A stretch of DNA of 64,000 nucleotides from a bacterium (GTDB taxonomy: Bacteria; UBA10199; 2-02-FULL-44-16; JAAZCA01), in assembly GCA_963674695.2 (NCBI GenBank), contig CAXXGI010000001.1, positions 896,001-960,000 on the forward strand, written 5' to 3'. Of the stretch, positions 9,101-18,911 are shown piece after piece. The notes beneath the pieces are model-generated. The model was not told the origin of the DNA, made no database searches, and was given only the letters and a program-made list of their open reading frames with translations. The position numbers and the translations under genes are program-made. Every line of letters starts with the position of its first letter. The stretch's first letter is position 1.

Positions 9101-11815
9101 TTGATCAGACGTCTCTCCATCCTCTTGATCCCGATCGTGCTCGCTGCGATCGCCCTCCCCCCGCTGACAGCGAATGCGGAACCGATTGCACACGTGCGCG
9201 TACAGGGCCTGGAGACACTCTCCGAAGAACGCGTGATTGATGTCCTCGACATCGAACCCGGCGAAGAATTCTCGCTTGAACGACTCGACCGCGCGGTCAG
9301 CCACCTGCGCAAATGGGGTGTATTCGACTCGATCCAGATCAGCCCGGAACAGCACGAAGGCGGAATCGATCTCACCTTCTACCTCAAGGAGGCCACCGTC
9401 GTCGCGGGCATCTTCATTGATGGGAACTATCCCTTCCTTGAAACGAAGCTGCGCAAATACCTCACGCTCCATGTCGGCGAGATCTATACCCCCAAGCGAC
9501 TGGCCGACCAGATCAAGCGCCTCGATGAATTTTATAAACGGCAGGGCTATTTCGACACCCAGGTCCTCGTCGAAGAGGAGGCCGATCCGGAGGTGCACGG
9601 CGTCATCCTTACCTTTCACATCAAACGCGGAATCGTGCTGCGCTATCGCACCGTGACGATCGACGGGAACAGAGCCTATCCGGACGGGCGGTTCGTCTCA
9701 GCGATCAACACCTGGAAGCCCTATTCGGAGCGACGCCTGCGCGAGAGTCTTGAAGACCTGCGCGAATTCTATCACCACCATGGCTACCCGTTAGCGCGCA
9801 TTCGTGTGAAAGAGAAGCGCTTTGATTTCGATGATCACCGCATCGACCTGGCGCTTACGGTGGATGAGGGGCCCCATGTCGAGGTGCGCTTCGAAGGCAG
9901 CCCCCATACGAGCCGTAGGCTTCTGCGCCGAACCATCACGCTCTTCGATGAAGGCAGCATCGACACCTTTGAGATCGAGGCAAGCGTCGAGGAGCTGCGC
10001 ACGCTCTTCCACAACCTGGGGTATCCGCATGCACGCATCACCTCCGATAGCATCACGCGCAAGGACGGTACGATCCTGATCACTTTTCGTATCCGAGCGG
10101 GGGAGTCCAAACGGATCAAATTCCTGCATCTGGAGGGACGCAAAGACGTTCGAACGAAAGCGATCACCGAGGAGATGAAAAACCAGCCCATGGCTTTCAA
10201 ACGGCGCGGCGCGTACCTCCCAAAGGCGACCGAAACCGATGACGAGGCAATTGCAACCGCGATGCGCCGAAAGGGGTATCTCGAAGCGACGGTCGCCGAC
10301 TGGGATGTCAGACCGACCAAGCAGGGATATACCCTCGACATCATCGTCCCCATCGAAGCGGGCCCCCAGACCGTCCTGGGAGAGGTCCTCTTCGACGGCG
10401 CCGACCACTTCACCCAGAAACAACTGATGAAGGCGTTGGACCTGCGCCTCGACAAACCCTTTAATGAACCGGAGCTCCCGCGCAAAAAGCAGCGCCTCCT
10501 CACCTTTCTCGCCGACAACGGTTTTCCCTACGCACAGGTGCGCGAATCCTACACGGTCGACAAAGAGACCCATCGCGCCGTCGTGCGCTTCGACGTGGTG
10601 GAAGGAGAGCTCGTGCACATCGGGCGCATCCTCTTCCTAGGCGATCTCCTCACGAGCCAGAAGGCGCTCACAAAAGCCATGTCGATCCGGAGGGGCGACA
10701 TCTTCAGCTATCGCAAGATCCTGGAGAGTCAGCTCAACATCCGGCGGCTGGGGGCTTTCAGCTCGGTCTCGATCGAGACGATCGGTCTGGACGAAAAACT
10801 TTCCGTCGTCCACCTGCGGGTCAAGGTGGAGGAAGCACGCCCCTTCCGCATCGACACGGAGCTCTCCTTTTCCACGCGCGACAAGCTCTCGGCCGCACTC
10901 ATCTTCATGAATCGAAATGCCTTCGGCTGGGCAAAGACGAATTCGCTCAAGCTCGCCGCGGGACAGAAGCTGGCAAAGGCGGAGTTGGCCTGGCATGACC
11001 CGCGCTTTTTCAGTTCCGACTTTCAGATGTCGGCGACGAGCTGGGTGCAGTACAAACAGGAGCCAGTCTATTCCTATACGCAGTACGCCGGCGCACTCAG
11101 CTGGTTTCGCACGCTGCGCCGTTGGAACTTTCTCTTTCGGTATGAGATCGATCGAAACTACTTCGTGGAGGGAGACTCCACCGCCGCCGATGCCGACAGC
11201 TTGCGCAACAACACCATCTCGCAGATCGCGGTCAACACGAGTTTTGACTCGCGCGACAGCTTCTCGGATCCTACGCGCGGCTTCTACACCTACGGCGGCG
11301 TGACGATCTACAACGAGATCCTGGGAGACAAGGCCGACTTCGTGCGCTTCAGCTGGCAGGGGGAAAACGATTTGACGCTGCTCTGGTGGCGACTCGTCCT
11401 CGCAACCGATCTGCGCTTCGACCGCATTCAAACGATCGGCAGCAATGTCTCGGTGCCGACAAACGAACTGCTCTTCCTGGGCGGTGCGGATACGATCCGC
11501 GGCTATGCTGAAGATTCGCTGGGACCAGTCGATGCGCAGGGTAAACCGACCGGCGGTCGGACCCGCTGGATCTGGAACGAAGAACTGCGGCTGCGCATCT
11601 GGAAGCAGTTTCAGCTGGTCGCCTTCTTCGACATGGGATCGCTGACCAACACCTTCTCGGCAATCAACTGGAACTCAATCCGCCGCTCGGTCGGCACGGG
11701 TCTGCGCTATGTCACACCCGTCGGTCCGATCCGTGCGGAGTATGGCTTCAAGCTCGACCGCAAACCGGGCGAAAGCCTCGGCCACTTCCACTTCACGTTT
11801 GGATATGTATTCTGA
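9101..11815 (+). CDS. Omp85 family (TamA/BamA-like) outer membrane protein with POTRA repeats
   Basis: Signal peptide, POTRA-like repeats, IRGY motif, TPVGPIRAEYG, terminal FTFGYVF. Confidence 0.88.
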   Translation: MIRRLSILLIPIVLAAIALPPLTANAEPIAHVRVQGLETLSEERVIDVLDIEPGEEFSLERLDRAVSHLRKWGVFDSIQISPEQHEGGIDLTFYLKEATVVAGIFIDGNYPFLETKLRKYLTLHVGEIYTPKRLADQIKRLDEFYKRQGYFDTQVLVEEEADPEVHGVILTFHIKRGIVLRYRTVTIDGNRAYPDGRFVSAINTWKPYSERRLRESLEDLREFYHHHGYPLARIRVKEKRFDFDDHRIDLALTVDEGPHVEVRFEGSPHTSRRLLRRTITLFDEGSIDTFEIEASVEELRTLFHNLGYPHARITSDSITRKDGTILITFRIRAGESKRIKFLHLEGRKDVRTKAITEEMKNQPMAFKRRGAYLPKATETDDEAIATAMRRKGYLEATVADWDVRPTKQGYTLDIIVPIEAGPQTVLGEVLFDGADHFTQKQLMKALDLRLDKPFNEPELPRKKQRLLTFLADNGFPYAQVRESYTVDKETHRAVVRFDVVEGELVHIGRILFLGDLLTSQKALTKAMSIRRGDIFSYRKILESQLNIRRLGAFSSVSIETIGLDEKLSVVHLRVKVEEARPFRIDTELSFSTRDKLSAALIFMNRNAFGWAKTNSLKLAAGQKLAKAELAWHDPRFFSSDFQMSATSWVQYKQEPVYSYTQYAGALSWFRTLRRWNFLFRYEIDRNYFVEGDSTAADADSLRNNTISQIAVNTSFDSRDSFSDPTRGFYTYGGVTIYNEILGDKADFVRFSWQGENDLTLLWWRLVLATDLRFDRIQTIGSNVSVPTNELLFLGGADTIRGYAEDSLGPVDAQGKPTGGRTRWIWNEELRLRIWKQFQLVAFFDMGSLTNTFSAINWNSIRRSVGTGLRYVTPVGPIRAEYGFKLDRKPGESLGHFHFTFGYVF

Positions 11816-11839
11816 TATCGAGGTGACAAAGCGGTGATG

Positions 11840-12445
11840 TCATCCTGAGCGACACCGATTCGGCTTGATCTCGTCCGGGTTGATGATCGCGCGACGCAGG
11901 AGTTCCACGTCGATCGGCTTTCCTGCAAAGAAATCGTCGAAGAAATTATTAGCCGCATAGTAGAACAAGCCCATGAGGCTGACCTGCCCGATGATGAATT
12001 CGGCACGCTTGCGCTCATCTCCTGTGAGCGAAACGCGTGCCTCGCTCGCCTTGGCTTTCGTACGCTCGATCGTCGTGATGGAGTCGGTGAGATTGCGACG
12101 GATCTTTTCGAGAAAATCAGAGAGGACCTTCTTCGGATAGGTACGCTCGGCAGCATAGTAGTCGCGCCGCGAGCCGCGCACCCAGACCTTTCGCACGAGG
12201 CTGTAGTCTTCGAGCATGCGAATATTGATGGAGATGTTGCTCTTGGAGACGGCGAGTCGTTCGGCAATCTCGTCGAGCGAGAGCGGCTCGTCGGAAATAA
12301 AGAGCAGCGCATAGATCTGACCGCCGACCCGGTTGATCATCCCCAGGAGTGCCGCTGAAACCTGCCCCGCCCCCTGGATGAAGACATCGACCGCCTCTTC
12401 GAGAAGCTCCTCGCCGTCTTCCGATGGCGTTATTTTTTTGCTCAT
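11840..12445 (-). CDS. GbsR/MarR-family transcriptional regulator
   Basis: GQIYALLFISDEPLSLDEIAERLAVSKSNIS...GSRRDYY pattern. Confidence 0.8.
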   Translation of the reverse strand: MSKKITPSEDGEELLEEAVDVFIQGAGQVSAALLGMINRVGGQIYALLFISDEPLSLDEIAERLAVSKSNISINIRMLEDYSLVRKVWVRGSRRDYYAAERTYPKKVLSDFLEKIRRNLTDSITTIERTKAKASEARVSLTGDERKRAEFIIGQVSLMGLFYYAANNFFDDFFAGKPIDVELLRRAIINPDEIKPNRCRSG

Positions 12446-12475
12446 CACACCCTCCAGCAGTAAGCCGCCCATAGA

Positions 12476-14803
12476 CTATGGAGCACAGCGCTCGACCGGC
12501 TCGACGCTCTCGATCGGCTCACGCAGAACGCCATCGATGGCGTGACGCGCCTCGATGCCCAGAAGATCCAGCACCCGGGCGAAGATATCGGCCGTGCGCA
12601 CGACTCCCGCGCGCATCGGAATGCTCGACAGATACGGCACGACGAGATGTTCACGCGCGAGCGACCCCTGGGTCGCCGTCGCCGCAGGCGTGTCCGAGGT
12701 GAGAAGCGACACATCCGGCGCCGCGCTCACGACCAGATCGCCCGAACGACGCGATCGGAAGAGTTGCGCCAGTTGCACCAAGCCATCGGGATAGGACCCC
12801 GAAGACGTCGTACGAAGCGCCTCGTTCGCATCCATCACGCGACCCAACCCTTCGTATCCAAAGGGATCGCTCCCCTTGACGATGTAGGTGATCCGCCCGT
12901 CCGCATCCTCCAAGATCTGTGCGCGCCCGCGACGGCTCTGCACGCAGATCCCCCCGTCGACGCTGCGTCCCGCGATACAATCGATACACTCCTCTTCGAG
13001 GAGCGACCCCACGAGCCCTCGCTGTTCGATCTCTTCGAAGAAGGGGCGTCGCTCCCAGCCACCATCGTGGCGCAACGAGATATGCGCCATCGACGTCCCC
13101 GAGGGAAGCGCGATGACTTCGGCTTCCTGCCAATCGCGCATGCGCCGACCCAGGGGCGCCACGCGAAAACGCTTCGCCAAAAATGCCTCCAGATCGAAGG
13201 ACCGCGCATTGACCCCGGTGGCGTGATCGCTCGCCAGCATGAGCACCGAGCGCTCCTCCATGCCGCGCTCGCGCAGCAGATCCACCGCACGCCCGACATC
13301 CTGATCGAGACGACGATAGGCATCGACCACCGCTGAACGCGCATCGCGACCCTCTTCGAGGAAATTCGTGGGAGGAAAGCAGTAGAGGACGAAATCGGTC
13401 TCGCGCCGAATGGCCGAGGCAAACCAATGCGCCGCAGCGGCATCGGCGGTTTCGATATCCGACAAGCGCTGTGCCCGATGAAAGCGACTGTGCAGGCGAA
13501 AGAAGGCGGGATCGCGCACGAGACCACAGCCGCGATTGAGGACGCCGAAGATGTTCACCGCCTGGCGTGAATACTCGAAGATCGTGGAGACCGACTTGGA
13601 CAGGTCGTGGTCCATCGCGTAGGCACCCCACCCCGCATAGTCGCGAAAGCGGTTCATCGTGAGCACGCGGCTTTCCGGCACCGTGCGGTCGAACCAGCGC
13701 ACACCCGGAATATCGCAGGTGCCGGGAAAACAACCGGTCACAAAAGGAGCGGTCGTCGGGCCCACCGCCGAAGGGAAGGTACTGATCGCCTCACTGCGCC
13801 CGCCACGCTCGAGCATGTAGCGCGCGACGTTCGGCAGATCACCGCGGGAGAGCATATCATCGAAGACCTTCCGATCGATCCCACTCATCAGAAAGAGGAT
13901 CACGTGCGCCGCCTGCGCGCGACTCCGATCATAGCCGTAGCGCGCCTTCTCCCAGAAAGCCTCACGCCCCTCGGGCGTGGCCAGCCGCGTGATGATCTGT
14001 GGAATCGATTCCTTCTCGCGACGGTCCTCGGTGTCGAGCGCATTCATCGTAAAGATCATGCGACGAATCGCCGTCGCATTGGTCATCACCGCGATCAGCA
14101 AGAGCGAAAGGATCACCAGCACCGGCGGCGGCATCGGCCACCAACGCGTGAGCACCAGAGACACTACGGGGCTGAAGATCGAAGCGACCCCCAGATAGAC
14201 GATGCGCTCAGGCCGTTGCATCGTGCCGACCGTACACTCGACCCCCATCGCCTCGGCGCGTGCACGCGTATAGCTCACCAGGAAGGATCCGATGAGCCCC
14301 GCCACGATGACGACAAGCAGCCAGCTCGAACGAAAATAGTACGCCAGTCCCAGAAAGACCGCACCCTCGCTGAAGCGATCCATCACGGCATCGAGAAAGC
14401 CGCCGGAACGCGAGGTCTTGCCGGTGATGCGCGCCACGCGCCCGTCGAAGATGTCGAAGGTAGCGCCGAAGATCATCGTCCAGCCCGCATAGCCGAACGC
14501 CCCCATCGCGTAGAGGATAGCGGCCACGAAGGAGAGGATCGACCCGATAGCCGTGAGCGCATTCGGTCCCAGGTGCGCGCGCACAAAGAAGTGGACGATC
14601 GGGTCGGTCGTCCAGAGCCACCAATCGCGCGTAGCGCCCGAGAGCAGATGCGATGCCCCGCGCTTGGCCCCGGCGAAATTATGTTCGCGCCGTTTTCGTC
14701 CCCAGACCAGATAGGTGATGTAGGAGGTGAACAGAACCGCATTGATGATGACCAGCGGTCCCAACGTGATCCAGATCGGATTGAAGGCAGCAAGTCCAAG
14801 CAT
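12476..14803 (-). CDS. CDP-alcohol phosphatidyltransferase fused to an alkaline-phosphatase/NPP-fold domain
   Basis: DIFDGRVAR...GGFLDAVMD motif; C-terminal STFPS, IPGVRWFDR, SDH, RSGDLVVSA. Confidence 0.82.
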   Translation of the reverse strand: MLGLAAFNPIWITLGPLVIINAVLFTSYITYLVWGRKRREHNFAGAKRGASHLLSGATRDWWLWTTDPIVHFFVRAHLGPNALTAIGSILSFVAAILYAMGAFGYAGWTMIFGATFDIFDGRVARITGKTSRSGGFLDAVMDRFSEGAVFLGLAYYFRSSWLLVVIVAGLIGSFLVSYTRARAEAMGVECTVGTMQRPERIVYLGVASIFSPVVSLVLTRWWPMPPPVLVILSLLLIAVMTNATAIRRMIFTMNALDTEDRREKESIPQIITRLATPEGREAFWEKARYGYDRSRAQAAHVILFLMSGIDRKVFDDMLSRGDLPNVARYMLERGGRSEAISTFPSAVGPTTAPFVTGCFPGTCDIPGVRWFDRTVPESRVLTMNRFRDYAGWGAYAMDHDLSKSVSTIFEYSRQAVNIFGVLNRGCGLVRDPAFFRLHSRFHRAQRLSDIETADAAAAHWFASAIRRETDFVLYCFPPTNFLEEGRDARSAVVDAYRRLDQDVGRAVDLLRERGMEERSVLMLASDHATGVNARSFDLEAFLAKRFRVAPLGRRMRDWQEAEVIALPSGTSMAHISLRHDGGWERRPFFEEIEQRGLVGSLLEEECIDCIAGRSVDGGICVQSRRGRAQILEDADGRITYIVKGSDPFGYEGLGRVMDANEALRTTSSGSYPDGLVQLAQLFRSRRSGDLVVSAAPDVSLLTSDTPAATATQGSLAREHLVVPYLSSIPMRAGVVRTADIFARVLDLLGIEARHAIDGVLREPIESVEPVERCAP

Positions 14804-14955
14804 ATGGATTTGTCCTTTTTCTTTATTTCTCGGGGAGTTAGTCGAGAAGGACTGCCCCATTTCCCCGGCATTGTCAAGCGCGCGACCGGTGCGGGAAGCG
14901 CCAACTCAGGGCTTTTGCTTGAAAAAGACGGGGAAAGCGACTAGCCAACGGCCTC

Positions 14956-15894
14956 ATGACCGCGACGCGAAAAGCCGGAAAGGGTGTTTGGCGCAGCCGC
15001 GTGCTGGGGCGGGTCGCCCTCACCGTCTGGCCGCTGCCGAAAAACACCTTCTGTTCGATCGATGTCACGAACCGCTGCAACCTCCGCTGCAAACACTGCT
15101 ACTTCTTCGCCTCCGATCAGGATCAGATCTCGGAGCTTTCGGTGCAGGAATGGCTCGCACGCATCGAACGGATGCAGACCTGCCGTGGCGCCTTCTTCAG
15201 CTGCACCTGGGTCGGGGGAGAGCCGCTCCTGCGTCCGGAGCTCATCGATCGGGGTCGGCGCTTCTTCAAGTCAAACCGCGTGGTGACCAACGGCACGATC
15301 CAACTCCCCGATTGGGAGAACGTCGAGTTTCATATCTCGGTCGACGGCACCGAGGCCTTGCACGATGCGATTCGCGGCCAGGGCTGCTATGCGAAGATCA
15401 AACGGACGATCGATGATGCGCGCGAACGCGGCATCGCGGTGGTGCTGGCCTGCTGCCTCAACCGCAGCAATGTCACCTGCATCGAGGCGCTCATCGACGA
15501 ATGGAAGCAATATCCCAACGTCCGTCACATCCTCTTCGACTTCTTCACCCCCATGCGCGATGGGGACCGGTCGCTCTGGCTGACATTCGAAGAGCGCGAC
15601 CGGATCCTCGATCGCCTCTGCAGGCTCAAAGAACAGCATGGCGATATCATCGGTGCCCCACCAGGGACCTTCGACCTGATGCGCGCGCCCAACCGCCACA
15701 AGGCGGTCGGGCGCAACTGCGTCTTCGTGCGTCACGGCACCGCATTCGATGCGTTGGGAAATGTGAAGAAGCCCTGCGTGATCGGCGCTGCCGCCGATTG
15801 CGACAAATGCGGCTGCATCGTCCCCTTCTCCGTCAAGGCCTGGAAGCGTCCTGCCAATCTCCTGCGTGAAGCGTGGAATGAGATCGTACGTTAA
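14956..15894 (+). CDS. Radical SAM protein with C-terminal Cys-rich region
   Basis: CNLRCKHC, GGEPLL, ISVDG, C-terminal CVIG...CDKCGC. Confidence 0.88.
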   Translation: MTATRKAGKGVWRSRVLGRVALTVWPLPKNTFCSIDVTNRCNLRCKHCYFFASDQDQISELSVQEWLARIERMQTCRGAFFSCTWVGGEPLLRPELIDRGRRFFKSNRVVTNGTIQLPDWENVEFHISVDGTEALHDAIRGQGCYAKIKRTIDDARERGIAVVLACCLNRSNVTCIEALIDEWKQYPNVRHILFDFFTPMRDGDRSLWLTFEERDRILDRLCRLKEQHGDIIGAPPGTFDLMRAPNRHKAVGRNCVFVRHGTAFDALGNVKKPCVIGAAADCDKCGCIVPFSVKAWKRPANLLREAWNEIVR

Positions 15895-15895
15895 C

Positions 15896-16040
15896 CGATG
15901 TCATCCCGAGTGACCCGGAGCGAACAGCGTGAGTCGAAGGGGAGTCGAGGGATCTCATGGGATCCCTCCACGCGCTCATTTCATTCACTTGGTCGGGATG
16001 ACAAGCATATGCCCAGCTCATTCACTTGGTCGGGATGACA
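15896..16040. repeat. Left 145-bp direct repeat containing a REP-like doublet
   Basis: Near-identical to 16549-16693; GTCATCCCGAG...GGGATCTC / GATCCC...CGGGATGAC. Confidence 0.9.
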
Positions 16041-16113
16041 AGCATATGCCCAGCTCATTCACTTGGTCGGGATGACAAGCGTATGCCCAGCTCATTCACT
16101 TGGTCGGGATGAC
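15981..16113. repeat. 37-bp tandem repeat, about 3.6 units
   Basis: TCATTCACTTGGTCGGGATGAC at 15981, 16018, 16055 and 16092, with linker AAGC(A/G)TATGCCCAGC. Confidence 0.92.
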
Positions 16114-16168
16114 ATGATGGCTTGTCATCCCGAGCGAAGCCCAAAGGGCGAAGTCGAGGGATCTCTTG

Positions 16169-16459
16169 ATGCGCCATCACAACTATTACGTCTACATCCT
16201 TTCAAGCCTCAGCAAAACACTCTACATCGGGATGACCAGCGATCTCATTCGTCGCCTCTACGAACATCAAGAAGGAGCGATCGAAGGCTTTAGCAAACGA
16301 TATCATTGTCATTCATTGGTTTACTATGAGCACTACACCAACATCAAAGACTGCATCGCACGCGAAAAACAGCTCAAAAACTGGAATCGCGCCAAAAAGG
16401 AATGGCTTATTCAACAGATGAATCCCAACTGGAGAAATCTGAGCAAGGAGATTTCATGA
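16169..16459 (+). CDS. Small GIY-YIG nuclease
   Basis: YYVYIL...LYIGMT..LIRRLYEH...LVYYE...AREKQLKNWNRAKK...NPNW. Confidence 0.92.
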   Translation: MRHHNYYVYILSSLSKTLYIGMTSDLIRRLYEHQEGAIEGFSKRYHCHSLVYYEHYTNIKDCIAREKQLKNWNRAKKEWLIQQMNPNWRNLSKEIS

Positions 16460-16548
16460 GATCCCTCCACTCCCTCGCGTTGCTCAGTCGGTCGGGATGA
16501 CAGCGTGCAGTCCACATCCCCATAAATTTTCCCCTGGGCTTCTCCTTG

Positions 16549-16693
16549 CGATGTCATCCCGAGTGACCCTGAGCGAACAACGTGAGTCGAAGGGGAGTCG
16601 AGGGATCTCATGAGATCCCTCCACGCGCTCATTTCATTCACTTGGTCGGGATGACAAGCGTATGCCCAGCTCATTCACTTGGTCGGGATGACA
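16549..16693. repeat. Right 145-bp direct repeat containing a REP-like doublet
   Basis: Copy of 15896-16040. Confidence 0.9.
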
Positions 16694-16703
16694 CACATAC
16701 GAC

Positions 16704-16736
16704 AAAAAAATCCCGGGGGTTGCCCCCCGGGATTTT
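16704..16736 (-). terminator. Intrinsic terminator of porin gene (possibly bidirectional)
   Basis: AAAATCCCGGGGG..CCCCCGGGATTTT hairpin, T7 on minus strand. Confidence 0.85.
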
Positions 16737-16763
16737 CTGTTCTGCTTGAACGTTGTTTACGAC

Positions 16764-17960
16764 TTAGAAGTCGTACACAAACGCCATGGCGCCACCGTAG
16801 GTGTACTGCCACTGGGTCGCCAGACCCGAGTTGCCACGCGGCTTGACCATGTCAAAACGGCCTTCGAGCTTCAACTTCGCACCGTCGGCGACTGCATACG
16901 AACCAGCCAGGGCGATCTGATGCATCGTCTGGGCTGCGCCGGTCAGGTTGCAGTTGAAATACTGCGTCTGCAGGCCAACACCGTTCACGTTGCTACGCTG
17001 CTGCGCGAACGCATACTTCAAGGTGCCATCCCAAACATCGCTGAAGACGTAGTGCAGGTTCAGCAAAGCGGCGAAGTTGGTGATGTTGTTGCCGGCCACG
17101 ACGTTCGTCGTCTTCGTGACGGCGTTGTTGCGGGAGTACAGACCCTCGAGACCGAGAGCGAAGGACTCCGTGATCCACCAGTTCAGATCGAGGTCGCCCA
17201 AATACGTGAAATGCTTGTTCGACACGCGCGATTCCGGACCGAACATACCGGAGATACCGAGCGTGCTCTCGGTGCCTTCGTCGCCCCAGTTGAAACCGAG
17301 ACGGAAGCCCAAGCTCGGGATGTCGCTGCCCTTGACCAGGCTGTCCTGATAGAGGGTGTTCACGACGTAGAAGTGCAGGTCGACCAGATCAGAGAAAGCA
17401 TAGTAGATCTTCGCACCGGTCATGTTCGCCGGACGCAGGCCTTCCACCAACACGGACTTCGAGATGGTGTCGTTCTCAGCATTGTCGACTGCTTCGAAAC
17501 CGACCGGGGCGTTGAAGCGACCGATCAAGAATTCGATGCCATTGCCAACCGGAATGTTGGCCGTAGCATAGGCCTGCTCGAGCACGAAACCGCCGGCCGG
17601 ATAACCGAGACCTGACGAGTTGAAACGTGCGAAATCGAGGTCGGCACGCAAGCGGACGTTCTCGCCGAAGGACTTCATGAGGTCGAGTTCAACCTCATCG
17701 ACGAAGAATGAAAAATGATCCGTGCGAGCGCCCGGAGCCTGACCGAGCCACTTGCCCAGCACGCCAGGACCGTAGACGTTGTCGCCGTCGTTCGTGGCAT
17801 AGCTGTTGATACGATTGTTGTGGTGCTGATAGCCACCACCGACCATCACATGACCTGCGGCTTCAAAGCCACCGGCCACATAGCGTTCCTGCGCGTTCAC
17901 GGTGGTGGCCGCGAAAGCGACGAGCGCCAATGCGAGTACTATGGTGATAAATTTCTTCAT
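16764..17960 (-). CDS. Outer-membrane beta-barrel porin-like protein
   Basis: Signal peptide, LEQAY, GRFNAPVGFE, terminal Phe; strong SD. Confidence 0.85.
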   Translation of the reverse strand: MKKFITIVLALALVAFAATTVNAQERYVAGGFEAAGHVMVGGGYQHHNNRINSYATNDGDNVYGPGVLGKWLGQAPGARTDHFSFFVDEVELDLMKSFGENVRLRADLDFARFNSSGLGYPAGGFVLEQAYATANIPVGNGIEFLIGRFNAPVGFEAVDNAENDTISKSVLVEGLRPANMTGAKIYYAFSDLVDLHFYVVNTLYQDSLVKGSDIPSLGFRLGFNWGDEGTESTLGISGMFGPESRVSNKHFTYLGDLDLNWWITESFALGLEGLYSRNNAVTKTTNVVAGNNITNFAALLNLHYVFSDVWDGTLKYAFAQQRSNVNGVGLQTQYFNCNLTGAAQTMHQIALAGSYAVADGAKLKLEGRFDMVKPRGNSGLATQWQYTYGGAMAFVYDF

Positions 17961-18469
17961 GTGGTTCCTCTCCTTTATTCGTTTTCCCGTTTTTCGCTGG
18001 GACTACCCCAGCATGACGGGAGGTCCTACAGGTGTTTCATCACAGATGTCGTACGGAGAACGTCTTCCCTCGGAGCAGCCGTTTCGTGGAGAGGTTTCAC
18101 CTCCTTTCCCGGCCAGTTTTCCGAATTGGATTCGATGGATATCACGTCGTGTCTGTAAAAGAGCGCTACCCTCTTCATTGCCAGCGAGCACAGGGAAAGG
18201 GGCGCATCGCCCGCATCCCACACGCGGACGATTTGGAAAGTGCACCGTCTCTAACGATTCGCCATCCCCCTGTCAAGACGCCGGGATAACAACGCTTTTT
18301 AAAAAAGCCTTATTTCCCGTGCGCTTAAAGAAGGATAAAGTAAATACTTCACTCCTGCAAGCGAAATTACTGTTTCAAAACCCCTTTTCCCTCATAACAC
18401 CAAAAAAGCACCGAAATGACCCCTTTTCCCTTGACGGAGGTCCCGAACGGCATGTAACCATTTGAAATC

Positions 18470-18895
18470 ATGGATAATAATTCGAATGCCCCTCGTATTC
18501 TCGTCGTCGATGACGAACCCGACATCCACACGGTGCTCGGAAAACTGCTCTCGAAGGAGGGCTATGCCGTCGACAGTGCGTATAATGCCGAGGAGGCCTA
18601 CCAGGCGATCACCGAGAACAAACCCGATCTGATCATCCTGGATATCATGATGCCCAAGATCAGCGGCATCGAGGCCTGCAACCAGCTCAAGGCCGATCCG
18701 GCGACCAAGGACATCCTCATCCTCATCGTCTCCGCGCGCGACGCCCAGGCCGACCGGCTCGAAGGGCTCAGCCACGGCGCGGACGACTACGTCTCCAAAC
18801 CCTTCCACCTGCGCTCGCTCGTGCGCAAGATCGAACACATGCTCACCAAGAAACGTGAAGATGACTTCGAGAAGGAAATTACGGTGGAGAAATAA
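18470..18895 (+). CDS. Single-domain response regulator receiver
   Basis: ILVVDDE, DLIILDIMMP, GADDYVSKPF. Confidence 0.92.
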   Translation: MDNNSNAPRILVVDDEPDIHTVLGKLLSKEGYAVDSAYNAEEAYQAITENKPDLIILDIMMPKISGIEACNQLKADPATKDILILIVSARDAQADRLEGLSHGADDYVSKPFHLRSLVRKIEHMLTKKREDDFEKEITVEK

Positions 18896-18911
18896 CCCAT
18901 AAACTGAGGGG

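Noticed and set aside
15981-16113. CRISPR array
   Set aside because: The 15-nt linkers are near-identical rather than unique spacers, no cas genes are in the window, and the unit is the end of the REP-like doublet
17961-18276. Known riboswitch (c-di-GMP, cobalamin, TPP) upstream of the porin
   Set aside because: I could not find the diagnostic conserved motifs; kept only as an unassigned leader
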